Positions 13,101 through 22,873 of a stretch of 64,000 bases of DNA are shown piece by piece (positions within the stretch are counted from its first letter, which is position 1; each line of letters begins with the position of its first letter). A program made the translations under genes and the position numbers. The notes under the pieces are model-generated. The model saw only the letters and a list, made by a program, of their open reading frames with translations, searched no databases and had not been told where the DNA came from. Source of the DNA: Diplonema japonicum. Its lineage: Eukaryota; Protista; Euglenozoa: Diplonemea. The stretch lies in assembly GCA_964019335.1 (NCBI GenBank), contig OZ025706.1, forward strand, positions 449,162 through 513,161, in the 5' to 3' direction.

Positions 13101-15511
13101 GGTGATCCGTACTTGCAGATGGCATTTGTGAGCCCAACACGGAGCTCGCCCGGCATGTCTTGAATCTCAAGCGACACTTCTTCCGACTCAGCAGCGGCAG
13201 CGGTGATGGGGACCTCCGCCACTCCAAGTATGTTATCCAAAGTATCCCAAACTTCAAGGCGCAGGATCTGGCTTCTTTCAAACCGTAGCACAAAAGCCTC
13301 CTCTGTGAAGCTCCCAATGCTTGCTTTGTACTGCTGACCGGCAGCATGAAGTACGATGTACGAAGAGGGTGACAGGAATGTGCACGACTCAAGCGTGATG
13401 CTAACTAAACATTCATTGATATTCACGAGCGACGTGCTGGCGGCTTCCTTCGACTTCCCTATCTGTGTCTGTATCGCTGCAAGGATGTCGTCCTCTACTC
13501 TAATGTGCGCCAGGTGGTTGCGTCGGTTCCGCACAGCGCGCAACAGCTTCTTGTTCACGTTCTGCAGCTCAGCCTCGGTCCGCTCTTTCTCTCTCACGAG
13601 AAGTTCCATCGCTTCGGATGCGTCACCCAACCCCGTGGCAAGTTCATCGTCTGCTTTCAAGAGCTCGATAGCTTCCGTCAGCTCCGCCAGCTTTGTCAGG
13701 ATATTCTCATGTGCGTTGTGGAGTTCGTACCAGTCTAGCTGCGTGTTCGGACCAGCCATCTTGGGAGTTGCTGAAGGACTTGAAGTAAATGTCGATGAGC
13801 GTTTCCTAATGACGGGGGATCCAAGGAAGTTCTCGCCCAGTCTCAGCGGCGACGGTGCTCTCAGGGACTCATCGATCGATGGGCTCTTTGGATCTACTGC
13901 TTGTGCCGCCTGTACTGCTGCATCGTTCAATAAAGGTGTGTTTGTCTGTGTTTCCGCATGAGCGGTCACCGTCAACACTTCCGGTTGCATTGCCTGCTTT
14001 TTAAGCTCTTCATGAACATCAGATAGCGACTGCACAGCCTCCTGCATGGCAACCCTTGCAGGCTGTTCTGCCTGCAAAGCAGCGTTCAGCTTCAAGTTTT
14101 CCTCCTTGAGCACTCGCTCGACCTCTTTCAAGCCCAGTCTCGTCGACAGTACATCTAGCTTCCGTTCAATGGCGGCATGCTCCTCCTGCAGACGTAGGTT
14201 CTGCGCCTCTAGGGCTTCCGTCGTTTCAGCTCGTTCTTGCATTTTTTTGCATGCCGCTTTGGCATCTTCTAGCTCCATGTTAGCAATATGCAAGTCTTCC
14301 GCTATTGCTTTGGTGTGCTGTGCCTCTTGTGTGGCTCCCTTTAACTGTGACAACAGGTTTGCTGTCTCTTGGTCCTTCGTCGCCAATATGGATGTCGCCT
14401 CTTCAAGACGCGTACCTAAGTTGGACAACTCTTCTTCTATAATATCTATTTTCGAGTTCGACGCTTTGATGTCCACGCGCAGCGTAGTTGCTGTCTCCAC
14501 CGAGGTGCTCAGCTCTGCTGTCAGGGCGGATATCTTGCGCTCTCTGGATTCCAGCTCTTCTGTTAGTTCGGCATTCGTTCTGCGGAGTTCGATCTCAGGG
14601 ATGTGTTCATGCAGCCACTGTGCTAACTTCTGCTCCGACGCAGTAACCTTTGCTTCCCAGTCCTTCACAAGCACCTGTGCCTTCTCCTCTTTGCGGATTG
14701 CTTCTATTGAAATGGCCTCGGACTCGTCTGCCTTGACTTCCAACTTCTCGACTTCCTCCTCTGCTTCACGTGCCCGTTTCGTCACTGCGTCGTTCGCCAG
14801 CTGCATCTTCTGGATTTGCACCTTTGCCGTGCCCAGCTGTACATCTAACGATGTCGCGTTCTCCGCCAAGGCTGCTAGCTTCGAAACTTCCCCCTTCAGC
14901 TCGTTGTTGGCAGCTATAGATTCCTCGAGTTCTTGTTGTATTTTTTCTAACTCGATTGCTAGCTTCCCCTTGAGGGGCGGCGCAGATTTTCCTGCTTTTT
15001 CACGGAAGGCACGCAGTCTGTCATTGGTTGTCTCCTCGAGGGATCCGTCCATGGCTAGCTGTAGCGACCTCTCGCGGACCCTTGCCTCCGCCTTCAGGGC
15101 ACGGTTCTCATTGACAATATTTTCAAACTCCTTCTGAAGGGCTGTGTACTTCTTGGTAAGCTCAGGGTAGTCCTCCACCATGTACTTCAGGTTCAGGACA
15201 TTGAAGTGGTTGGCAAGAGTATCCCGCAGTGTGGCCTCATTCCCTTCAGTCAACTCTTTTCTAAGCTTTTCATTCATTATCACTTTCATTTGCTCCTCGT
15301 TCGCTTTCTCCATCTCCAGCTTTTCCAGCAGCCCTTCTGTGATAAACTGCGCTTCCCTTATCGGACTCCCTTCTCTTGCTGTCTGCGAAGCGTTTTGCGT
15401 GCTGTCTATTGGGGCAGTGTCCATTGGGGTAGTGTCCATGCAGTAATCATTTAACAGGTTCTCCAACTCCGCCTCACCTGCGTCATCTCCTACAGACTCT
15501 CTCTTCAACAT
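7181..15511 (-). CDS. Giant (2776 aa) coiled-coil protein with several C2-like domains and a C-terminal SEA-like segment; probably cytoskeletal
   Basis: Long heptad-rich N- and C-terminal regions; C2-like segments (LLVTVCYGRGLP..TIWNETFAYP; ILRLEVWD..LGVAEVPI); VEVLDVRKGSTIVTF. Confidence 0.75.
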   Translation of the reverse strand: MLKRESVGDDAGEAELENLLNDYCMDTTPMDTAPIDSTQNASQTAREGSPIREAQFITEGLLEKLEMEKANEEQMKVIMNEKLRKELTEGNEATLRDTLANHFNVLNLKYMVEDYPELTKKYTALQKEFENIVNENRALKAEARVRERSLQLAMDGSLEETTNDRLRAFREKAGKSAPPLKGKLAIELEKIQQELEESIAANNELKGEVSKLAALAENATSLDVQLGTAKVQIQKMQLANDAVTKRAREAEEEVEKLEVKADESEAISIEAIRKEEKAQVLVKDWEAKVTASEQKLAQWLHEHIPEIELRRTNAELTEELESRERKISALTAELSTSVETATTLRVDIKASNSKIDIIEEELSNLGTRLEEATSILATKDQETANLLSQLKGATQEAQHTKAIAEDLHIANMELEDAKAACKKMQERAETTEALEAQNLRLQEEHAAIERKLDVLSTRLGLKEVERVLKEENLKLNAALQAEQPARVAMQEAVQSLSDVHEELKKQAMQPEVLTVTAHAETQTNTPLLNDAAVQAAQAVDPKSPSIDESLRAPSPLRLGENFLGSPVIRKRSSTFTSSPSATPKMAGPNTQLDWYELHNAHENILTKLAELTEAIELLKADDELATGLGDASEAMELLVREKERTEAELQNVNKKLLRAVRNRRNHLAHIRVEDDILAAIQTQIGKSKEAASTSLVNINECLVSITLESCTFLSPSSYIVLHAAGQQYKASIGSFTEEAFVLRFERSQILRLEVWDTLDNILGVAEVPITAAAAESEEVSLEIQDMPGELRVGLTNAICKYGSPLRDRTSPMMWLEQQTPEQVDVFTSKLVERCVLKHAEDFQLLHTVPFDAFVVFRLVGEAANSIDGFMKLSTDAKLVLRCGLGLPPVSVMCKDDIVADHADLHSAPVPISPLPEPMPSFESTGDEWTPVHCGEKSTQTDIVHPLTTALEESKTLLDSIDKMTTRLENEGLGCGDLDYDQSVSDALKRALEGVELLYRQASHDASVPRERRKVQKTIPPASTALALLTGSNNLIRCRAWMKLLRLRHRKQRGRKVASYLENRMSEHRNRALLHKYYSALESCMSCADEITLPVKTRLQRALRRESVCAAPQQAMLELPEGKMLIELSLSSVKGADTSEKVSLHCPPNSKYGRAIATDAPLTLHAHCEKPTHVRWTLHGKDTTSAYMVINPASLPSIQQLTTDTRCTNVCFLTVEAKVVQYETQLTEKVVMHPIDGHPASLADDMTLSPTLRLDRALRREQLRERCIDLTVVKITGSDYCVIDVDGRSFKLQECRSVTLPFGTGYSTMRLSTPKHQGVTTSLSTADLSKPISVRLMPSAEVILFASLRTEDGCLYQHEVVDTKNSLSTAMSPDSHSSASPDEFDASEEASRHAELQSFETQAETAQGLLQFSPEAESGDVSLQNMSQYSQPPGDFTPQTGEFTPQAGLSLQGSQSSQPGEVCDSSAHTVKIVKSPNSSALESSTFALTTPAFSITVLALLGAERDHIYSVGLAVDDAEMQKTETASTDELKAIFNTRLHFFSVTQGTVLRLLARLVDESTGEVSMATTCLVSAFLPTDVFHMNIKDKQLRFTFDNEKSMKKGKVVSILSGAPGGWLNDGLMVSNGELVCSNGGVLHHSSIQRPRPPAVMTSPSQSSLSCDDESAASPINPVDGEPEPPLLKRLGTRKERKQKMLAIRRVDSTPLSQESLLDILGEAGMMRGPSPYDGPMMLDSPGGSVQDDKEDKEDKEDKQDMLGGSTNSVGSARSGFSSPPRRAPRKMLTISPSQRPMSKEGSLYEKYLEQVKYEQMLAKQREEAERMKNEEEEELSDEECDPYPACVYKQPEPPEPPSWHPYVMYLREEDTSCVQHSSASSAASSPASNVVECQDTCHDLAMTITNDEITAKLLVTVCYGRGLPESATHVAVSLDGRGTQYTSQSKQTIWNETFAYPVSEPHHKKVMILDVCSYTGCIGQVAVVIDLMKFPKDDLVVKLGSRLGHSDPAAGAELVISLGLDEQKQEGSPERWSPERHAIPRLQRGDRHSYVSTVGTVLSSERLSTLHLSHTSLGSDIQHPKASSTEISDVSSETLSPCTTQSPTILPTVPPLFTCARPKSESHGRIVIEVGETRKQPHGSAVQVRDEACGPSFGVAATSSQTDANMTNTLERSTSPLAGPVLKQMGMFSAVNRSRTPAPATAEAGVQEVPETATASTCCVAHTTSDKDTHTDSANTADASTGMSALEVLGMDFTEADPRVNLPHSSKVFKRNIGCNTDKELGPPKDLLELAKAQKEEAVQSADRLLDLLKKAQNSESTLKQSNNALMVENTNLQAQVSQTENVAEDILKELKESRDEVEVLLQKKCVNCDRLLRDLETCDLELRQCKEQLEERDIPLSSVLEKLEEAEAELNELRESKTDLGKALRVYELAKGNLPSALSSSLALTAVDELLQQRQKGAPLDPDGSLADNMLEEEWKKASVNEDQMSARDRAADILAELVLQDPILRMRCESGARDEFEVILQRERRQQQQQQQQVAERAELKRPMRYPSPPVTVTMDLPIEEYKQQDFVQQIMDEAGLPAEDVEVLDVRKGSTIVTFRVFRDTKEEAEELGCRLATKFADPDCELSVATKATDVDIGDPYEEGVGWHTDKLGWLLETRGRLVSDIYGTFCCLLLGGDNVVKAALMLDRILNTYLTEVERLHLGLSAVATTSRVTEAQLSRLMAHSPANSPTRLSFCSAQEVPLLDNAPGRRQSDPGSIGSFSLSPPRTDDGVAVSPDSGPET

Positions 15512-15723
15512 CTGTAGTCATGCGCCTGTGTGCATGGCATGGCGGGCAGTGAAAAATATAAAAGGACTGGATTCTAACTGTACAGACAAATGCAAATACA
15601 ACAAAACAATGTAAACAACAGATAATAACAGCAGCTGTCCATCAGCACAGACTAGGCCAGGTCACAGACTAGGCCAGGTTGTTCTGCAGCATGTTGATCT
15701 GCGCATCGAGATGTTCAAGATAG

Positions 15724-16617
15724 TCATTTTGCGACTGCGATATTATTATTTTCTTTTTTTTGATATGTGTTGCTGGATACCTTTTGTATTCTATCGAACT
15801 CATGGCTGCGAATGGGCTCAGGGAGCCTCCTCCTGGGGATCGACGAGTAGCCTTGAGGGGTGACAGAGGCCGGCAGCGATGGCTGGTGGCTGTAACTAGT
15901 CGACAGCTTATAGGAAGCTGGCTTAATCCTCATCGGCGACGTCGTAGGGGGCAGACCCGGAGAGTCAGAACGAGGCATAAATTCCCTTCTGGAAGGTGTC
16001 CCACTCTTAGGCGTGACCCTGCCTGTCATAGGCCTCTGCTTCTGGTGCTGGGCCACCACAAGATCCAACATTGACTCTTTCTGCAACATGTTCTCATGGG
16101 CAGCGGCCAGCTGTACTGTTAAATCGTCGACTGCAACCTGCAGTTGGCAGTTCCTGTCTTTCACATCGCCCAGCTCCACTGTTAGACTTCTCTCGATCAG
16201 TTCTTTCTCTTCCTGCATTTGACTCAGGTCCCTCTGCAGAAGTTGCACCTGCCGTTCCACAGTGTTGGCTTTGGAGTACTGCTGATCTGCGTCTTGCACC
16301 AACGAGAGGAGGTGGCTTAGCTCACCCTGTTTCTCATCTAGAATAACATCTTTATGGCGGAGTGCTGCAGTTAGTTCATGGACTCTTCTCGTGTCTGCAA
16401 CCGCATCGTTTTTTTGGCTAAGCTCTGCCTGTGCTGCCTCAAGCCTACTCTGGACGGAGAGCAAAGCTCTGCACAGCAGGAATATAAGCCCTGCAACAAA
16501 GACCACCGTGCAGAACCCATCGAATCTTGTCAACAGCACCCACAGCAGCGACGGATAGGCCTCCTCTACCTCAACTTCCACCTCAGGGGTGCTGAGGGGC
16601 TCTTCGTACTCGGACAT
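15724..16617 (-). CDS. Single-pass membrane protein with coiled coil and Ser/Pro-rich tail
   Basis: 297 aa; hydrophobic FCTVVFVAGLIFLLC followed by heptads. Confidence 0.65.
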   Translation of the reverse strand: MSEYEEPLSTPEVEVEVEEAYPSLLWVLLTRFDGFCTVVFVAGLIFLLCRALLSVQSRLEAAQAELSQKNDAVADTRRVHELTAALRHKDVILDEKQGELSHLLSLVQDADQQYSKANTVERQVQLLQRDLSQMQEEKELIERSLTVELGDVKDRNCQLQVAVDDLTVQLAAAHENMLQKESMLDLVVAQHQKQRPMTGRVTPKSGTPSRREFMPRSDSPGLPPTTSPMRIKPASYKLSTSYSHQPSLPASVTPQGYSSIPRRRLPEPIRSHEFDRIQKVSSNTYQKKENNNIAVAK

Positions 16618-16766
16618 GTTCTGGTCCTGTATGGTGCGATGTCACTGAGCCAGTAAAGAAGATTCCACTTCGTCAGCAACGCAACAAGATGGGTGTAAAC
16701 CCACCAGCACAGAGATATGAAGCAAAAAAAAAAGGGAGGGTGCAAAACGGCGGCAGTTGTAAAGGG

Positions 16767-19700
16767 TTAGGCAACTTTCATATTGAAAGCGGATTTACTT
16801 CCGATCGCCCTCACAAGGTTGTCACGAAGCATGTGAACATTCTGTGTGTGTTGCGTTGTTGTTGTAGTGCATACCTGATTCCGAAGAGGTGGGAGTGCTG
16901 AGGCTGAGTGCAACGACGGGAAAGCGCTATTCATCTTTGGTGACTCCGCGCCAATCTCGCGGGTTCTATTTCCGGAAATGGCAGCAACTGCTGCAGCGGC
17001 AGTCGGAGTGAACGTGGGCTTTGAACGATGTGACTGCAAGGTTTTGAGTTTCGCGAGGGGCTTGAGATCTCTTTTCTTGGTTATATCTGCAACTGGTTGG
17101 ACACTCTCTTCGACAGCTGAATGTATAGTCTTAAGCAGCATCTCTCGTCTCTTTTGTTCTTCAAATTGCAGATGCGGAGCGAGCTTTCTCGCACTCAAGG
17201 CCTTCGACCTCTCCAGTACAGTGTTGAAGTGGTCCATGCGCACTTTCTTTCGTAAGACCCGACGCTGCTCTTGTAGATTCCTCCTGTTTGCCATGCACTC
17301 GTTGATCTCACGGTGTTTACTTGCTATCTGCTTTGTGAGGAAGTCCAGAGCGTCTCCATTGTCCGTCATCTCCCCCTTCAAGTCTGTTAAGCGCTGCTTT
17401 TGCATTCCTATCTTCACTCTGTTGTACAGTTGCTTCGTCGACTGTTGGCCAAGAGCACTGTCTTCCTTCAAGTATGTTAAAATACTCTTCACAACCGTTG
17501 CGTCGCACTTCAGAATCTCTGCGAGCATCGTGTTGTCCATTTCCCCCTTTCGATAAGGGTCTCTGTGCCCAAACTTCGACAGTTGCAAACGTTTCTTAAG
17601 GCTATCAAAAAGTTTGAAAAGCTCAACGTGAAGCTCTGCCGCGAGGTGGCGTATTGCGTCTAGGGCAACGGTGTCTTTCTTGTCTTCAGACTCAGGTTCC
17701 GGTTCGGGCTCAGGTTCAGGTTCGGGCTCAGGCCCAGGGCCCTTCAGCATCACTTCGTTAAGTTCATCGATGCAGGACTCCAGTGCCCTGCCCATACAAA
17801 CAAACAACTTTGGAACCACCACCATTGCTGACTCTGTTGTAAGCTCTTCTTCGGGAAAGGAGCCAGGCCACAACGCCTGACCACATTCCATAATCCAGTT
17901 CAGTGGCTGTTTCACTGTCTCTGAAGAAGTCCGTAATCCCAAATCGCTCCACAGGAGTGCCTCCCCCGCATCTAGTGCCTCCCACTGTCTGTAGTCGGTC
18001 ACAGAGCTTACTTTTGATGTTTTTTCAGGTTCTTCCACTTCTTTGTCTTCTATCTGTTCTTGCTCTTCTTCAACCTGTTCTTGCATTTCTTCCGGCGTGT
18101 CGTTTGCTTCTTCGTTCTCTTTGGTTTCTTCGTGTGCTAGCTCTCTTTGCATCACTTCTGTCATTTCTTGCAGCTCACTGATCTTGTTCCGTGCACTCTG
18201 AAGCTCTTCCTCCAGAGCTGATATCAGATTTATCTTTTCTTCAAGTTTTGTTTTAGTCTCTTGCATCTCGGCTTGAAGTATGGGGAGGGCCTTCGCGTCA
18301 TCGAGAGCACACTGGTTCAGTCTACCACGTGCCGATGCATCGCCCTTTGCCCTCTTGGCATCTTGCAGAGCTGCGTCGTGCCGCCTATGTAGATCGTTGA
18401 TTTTCGTATCAGCTGTAGCTTTGGCCTCTCGACAATCAACAAGTTGGTGTTCGAGGTCTTTGATTGTCTGCTGCAATGCTGCTGACGTAGCGGAGCTAGC
18501 TTTGTATTCCTCAAGCTCTTTCATGACGTCTGAAAGGTTCTGTTCCACTTCCGACAACTCGCTGTGGAGGTCCTTCACCTCCTGCTTGAGCTGCACGGTC
18601 TCCTCGGACTGAGGCGACGGTGTGGCTGATATTCTTTTTTCTGGCTCCTTTACCTTTAGTTTACTTTTCGTTTTCTTGGGTATAACTTTTTTCTTTTGAA
18701 CCGGCGTCTCCGTGTAATCCTTGAGCCAGTCACGGACGATGGGGCCCAGCACATAACTAAACTCCTGTAAACAGCGACTTAAATAAGGAGGAACACTGCT
18801 CAGCACTTCGGGCACTTTTCCCTTTTCGATAATCACTGTCAGCATGTCACAGAGCGCTGAGGCAGACTCAATGGTGCCTTTAGTCATATTTTCTTGAAGT
18901 TTGCACCCTTTCACATCGTCGGGGAAGATAGTCAAGAAGGGATCTCGAGTGTCGGTCTGCGCATGCATATGCTTGCTCAGACTTGAAGGTAACTTGAGCA
19001 TTTTCTTCCTCATAGCCTCCTGTTCTTTAAGACCCATCCTCACTTCTTTCAGAAGATAGGTGTTTGATTGCTCCAAGGACACCACCTTGTCCCGCAGTGA
19101 TCTATTTCGCTCTTTCATATCATCCAACCCTTCATCGCCTTCCGCTTTCTTCACCTTTTCCTTCACCAGTTCGTCCACTCTGTTCTGGTACATCGCCCTG
19201 TACTTAATGAGTTCGGCAGTAGTCTCCTTCAGCTGCATCGCCAGCACTGAGGACCCTAGGTTGTTGTTGGTGACGTGACGCAGCTCGCGCTCTTTCTCCT
19301 TGAGGTCGGACCGCAGCTCGTCGACCTCCTCAAGAAGTGATTCTGCAATTCTCTTGTGGCCATGTTCGGCCTCGCTAAGGTTTACGTTCGACTCTGAGCT
19401 ATCTAGCGTGAAACCACGGTCGTGGATCAGCGGTTGCAGGACACATTCAATCTTAGAATAGTTGGCGAGTTTGAGGCCCAGATTCGTTCTCTCTTTGTCT
19501 TTGTAGTAAGAGGGTAGCAGGAGTGACCGGATACTGCTCAGGTTGAGTACCAGTGGGCAGCGCAGGAAGTGGTCGTAACCGCTGCTGAGCACTTCGCGTG
19601 GTGTGGCTCCTTCACCGCGGCAGACACCAACCACCACATGTCTGTGGACCTTGCTGGTCTTAGCAGCAAAACCTGCTTCAGCATGTCGGACGTAATGGAT

Positions 19701-20024
19701 AAAATCCAGCATCCCAATATTGCTGGCCCGGCCTAGCTCCACAAAGATGCAGTCGTATCTTGCCCCGTCGCTGCGCATGAGTTCCTCCAGCTGCGTGAAG
19801 GCCCTTCGCGCGTCACGGGCCATCAGCACATTACATCCCATTCTGTTGAACCACGTGCTGTAGGACAGCAGCCTGAGCGGCTCATCCGCCACGATCATCA
19901 CATTGGGCGTGTCCTTCTTGCAGATCTTAGCATCGCATGCCTCAAAGCTTGGGCTCGAGACATCCGCCTCCCACTCCAGCTCCGTGATCAACCCCGATGA
20001 CACGATGTTGTGGATGATGGCCAT
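16767..20024 (-). CDS. Coiled-coil protein with an N-terminal degenerate response-regulator receiver domain
   Basis: NVMIVADE..GCNVLMARD..YDCIFVE..GMLDFIHYVR..VVVGV..GYDHFLRCP follows the REC pattern; long coiled coils; EP repeat. Confidence 0.7.
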   Translation of the reverse strand: MAIIHNIVSSGLITELEWEADVSSPSFEACDAKICKKDTPNVMIVADEPLRLLSYSTWFNRMGCNVLMARDARRAFTQLEELMRSDGARYDCIFVELGRASNIGMLDFIHYVRHAEAGFAAKTSKVHRHVVVGVCRGEGATPREVLSSGYDHFLRCPLVLNLSSIRSLLLPSYYKDKERTNLGLKLANYSKIECVLQPLIHDRGFTLDSSESNVNLSEAEHGHKRIAESLLEEVDELRSDLKEKERELRHVTNNNLGSSVLAMQLKETTAELIKYRAMYQNRVDELVKEKVKKAEGDEGLDDMKERNRSLRDKVVSLEQSNTYLLKEVRMGLKEQEAMRKKMLKLPSSLSKHMHAQTDTRDPFLTIFPDDVKGCKLQENMTKGTIESASALCDMLTVIIEKGKVPEVLSSVPPYLSRCLQEFSYVLGPIVRDWLKDYTETPVQKKKVIPKKTKSKLKVKEPEKRISATPSPQSEETVQLKQEVKDLHSELSEVEQNLSDVMKELEEYKASSATSAALQQTIKDLEHQLVDCREAKATADTKINDLHRRHDAALQDAKRAKGDASARGRLNQCALDDAKALPILQAEMQETKTKLEEKINLISALEEELQSARNKISELQEMTEVMQRELAHEETKENEEANDTPEEMQEQVEEEQEQIEDKEVEEPEKTSKVSSVTDYRQWEALDAGEALLWSDLGLRTSSETVKQPLNWIMECGQALWPGSFPEEELTTESAMVVVPKLFVCMGRALESCIDELNEVMLKGPGPEPEPEPEPEPEPESEDKKDTVALDAIRHLAAELHVELFKLFDSLKKRLQLSKFGHRDPYRKGEMDNTMLAEILKCDATVVKSILTYLKEDSALGQQSTKQLYNRVKIGMQKQRLTDLKGEMTDNGDALDFLTKQIASKHREINECMANRRNLQEQRRVLRKKVRMDHFNTVLERSKALSARKLAPHLQFEEQKRREMLLKTIHSAVEESVQPVADITKKRDLKPLAKLKTLQSHRSKPTFTPTAAAAVAAISGNRTREIGAESPKMNSAFPSLHSASALPPLRNQVCTTTTTQHTQNVHMLRDNLVRAIGSKSAFNMKVA

Positions 20025-20131
20025 CACATTTTACTGTCGGTGATCTCTTTTTTTTCTTTTTTTTTTTTTTCTTTTTTTGTTCATTTTCGAAACAAATCAA
20101 ACGGAACTAAATGATACTTTCAATGCCACGT

Positions 20132-22015
20132 CTACTTGTGGGTCTTCATATAGTCTCTCAGGGGCTTCAATAGGTCTTGCGTCTGTTCCGCTTGCTTTTT
20201 GAGGTAGTTCGGCTCAAGCAACTTGCGAATGGACGGCCTCGACGCCCACAAGCCGAACTTATTATTCTTAAGCTTCAGGTAGGGGTCGTAGAGGTCGCGG
20301 TGATGCTCGGTCGAAGCGGAACGCAAAGTGTCATCTGCGAAGCTTTCAAGACGAGCGGCTTTGCCGTACTCATAGAGGAACCTTTGGTCCTTGGCTGTGA
20401 GGCGAGGGCGCATAACGGTTTCGCGCTTCTCGAGTCTATGGGTCCTTGTGAGAGGTGTGTGTTGCAACTTGAATCGGGTCTTGTAGCCGCCTGGTGCTCG
20501 CATTTGCGTGACGAGCCTACTATCAAATGCATAAGGAGTTGTCTGCAGGAGTGCGTTGAGATTCTCCTCATCTTCCGTGAACTCGGGTTCTTCGCCGTCG
20601 TCATCCCTCTTGTCATGGAGCTGCAGCACACGCCCCCTTCCCTTTGTCGACTCCGGGGGAACAGCCCCCTCGGACACTTCACTCCCTTTGCCAAACAAAT
20701 ACTTCTCTATCTGGAAGATGTGCTGTGCCTTCGTGCCGGTAACGGTGAGGCCTAAGTCTTTAAACCGCTCGCCTTGTTCAAAGGCCTTCAGCTGCTTAAT
20801 TGACAAGGCGCCGAGCTGCTTGTTCTTTGCGAGCTTCACGTAGTTCAGCTTATATTTCCCAGTAAGCTGCACCCCTCCTTGCACAGACCCTTTGCGCATT
20901 TCCCCCTCCTCGCCGTTTTGTTTTCCCGAAGACTTCTTTTTCTTCTTTCTACGAACGACTTTGACCTCCCCTCGGCTCGCTTTGAAGATCTTCCTCTGTT
21001 CCTCAACTGGGTCGTCAGGGTCAGTGATGGCCAGCTCTACCTGGTCGGACAGTGCGGTGTTCTGTTCCAGCACTGTTTTCATGGTCTCGACGTACTGCTC
21101 GCGCTGTTTGAGCATTTCGAAGATGTAGCCCTCTTGCACGTTGTCAAGGATGGCAAGGATATCAGTGCCACGATCGCCTGTACGCTCCTGTCTGTGTATG
21201 GTCAGGAACATCTGCAACTCCATTGAGGACAGCCTGCCGAGCTTGGGGGCGAGGAGTTTCTTCTGTTGAGGGGTAAGCTTGTTCTTCCCCGCGTTCTCCC
21301 ACTCGTTCCCGTAGAACGCCTTTCGCAGGGAGTCCACATAAACGGTGGCGTTGCTGCTGTCGGGGTCGAACTCCTCGATGCTGTTGAATGGTGAAATGGC
21401 CTGCAACTCTTTTTGCAGGTTCATCTCTGCGATCCTCTCGGGGTCGTCGGTCACAAGCTCTTCAAGATACGTTTGCGATGCAGCCTTTGCCTCTTCAATC
21501 AGTTTGGAACGCTTCTTGATGAGCTGCGAGGGCTGCGTCTGCATGCACGCGTAGAGCTTCCTTTGGATATCCTCATGTAACTGAGATCGCATCGGAGAGG
21601 TCGCAAGCAGCAGTGCTTGGTAGGTTTCGGGGATAGGGGTGATCTTCTGTTGCAACATTCTGTTGAAAAGCTTGAACGCTGTGAGCTCCATCTTGGCCTT
21701 TGCCATAATGGATATGAGGGATGTGTACGTGTGCACGTTGGGGCGCACCTTCTGGCGCACCATAACGTTGAACTGAAGAAGTGCTGTCTGTGCGTTTGCG
21801 TGCTGCTTGTCAGCGAGCATCTGTATCTCACGTGCTCTTCTGTGGAACGAAAATGTGTTGTTGGGCAACTCTTGGGCATTGGGATACGTTGCTGTATACT
21901 TGCTGATGTTCGTTGTCCTCTGTTGATGCATAGCCTTGAGAGGCTTGCTTTTCAAGTCGAACCAGTAGTAGAAACACCTCTTCTGGGCGCCCCGCATATT
22001 TCTGTAATGGAGCAT
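20132..22015 (-). CDS. Pentatricopeptide-repeat protein, probably mitochondrial, with SAP-like motif(s)
   Basis: ALLQFNVMVRQKVRPNVHTYTSLISIMAK and FNRMLQQKITPIPETYQALL PPR motifs; basic N-terminal presequence; LSIKQLK..LGLTVTGTKAQ. Confidence 0.75.
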   Translation of the reverse strand: MLHYRNMRGAQKRCFYYWFDLKSKPLKAMHQQRTTNISKYTATYPNAQELPNNTFSFHRRAREIQMLADKQHANAQTALLQFNVMVRQKVRPNVHTYTSLISIMAKAKMELTAFKLFNRMLQQKITPIPETYQALLLATSPMRSQLHEDIQRKLYACMQTQPSQLIKKRSKLIEEAKAASQTYLEELVTDDPERIAEMNLQKELQAISPFNSIEEFDPDSSNATVYVDSLRKAFYGNEWENAGKNKLTPQQKKLLAPKLGRLSSMELQMFLTIHRQERTGDRGTDILAILDNVQEGYIFEMLKQREQYVETMKTVLEQNTALSDQVELAITDPDDPVEEQRKIFKASRGEVKVVRRKKKKKSSGKQNGEEGEMRKGSVQGGVQLTGKYKLNYVKLAKNKQLGALSIKQLKAFEQGERFKDLGLTVTGTKAQHIFQIEKYLFGKGSEVSEGAVPPESTKGRGRVLQLHDKRDDDGEEPEFTEDEENLNALLQTTPYAFDSRLVTQMRAPGGYKTRFKLQHTPLTRTHRLEKRETVMRPRLTAKDQRFLYEYGKAARLESFADDTLRSASTEHHRDLYDPYLKLKNNKFGLWASRPSIRKLLEPNYLKKQAEQTQDLLKPLRDYMKTHK

Positions 22016-22873
22016 GTTACCACCTGTGGTGCCTTGGCGCTGGAAGGTTGTCAACTGCAAACTTACTAAAACATAACTTATGCGAACCTTTCTAAGAAGC
22101 AGCACCTAGCAGACTTTTGAGACAAAACAGAAACACAAACAGGTCAATGTTGCACTGTGGCATAGAAAGGGTGAAATGAACTAACATAAACAGTTATAAG
22201 AAAACCACGCAGCGCGCTGCGAGCATTGCAAGAAACAAATGGAGAAACAGAACTTGATTCAAGTAACTCGCTGATGAAGAGGCCTTTCTCGTTCCTCATC
22301 TCTAACCATGCATGTCCAGTACTCGGAGGGAGTTTTTATTATTCCACACGTGCATTGGGTAAAAGCCGAGACAGGTAGAAACAAATTGCAAAGCAGGCAA
22401 GTATAGTGCTTTTTATATAGTTCTATTTCCTTTTTTTTTCCATTTCTTTTATATCCTCTCCTGCATCCACTCCAGCGGTATGATATCGATGCGCCATCGG
22501 CAGAATGGAATCAAAACTCTAGCAATTTATTGGGAAGAAAAAAAAAAAAAGAAAAGGTGTAAAGCTCTCGAAGAGAATGCCCGAGTTTCGGACTGCATTG
22601 GCATGGCCTCTGTACCGATTTCCCGCCCGCCTCAAGCAGTCAGAGCTCACAATAAGGCGGAAAGGAAGCAAAGATGAGGTCAGACTCAATGACTGGAGGT
22701 GCGGAAAAAAAAGTGAGGGGGGGACCAAAAAATAACAAATAGCGATAAAACCGTCATTGGAAGGGGTTGCAGGTTCGCAATAGGTTAGTCTCAAATGACG
22801 AACGGACACACGGTAAGGTTCTGGCCCGGAGACCAACACCACGAGACACCCTACAACAAGATGAATTAGCTGC

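Noticed and set aside
7293-22069. Many plus-strand ORFs (Ser-rich)
   Set aside because: Antisense shadows of Glu/Lys-rich minus-strand genes.
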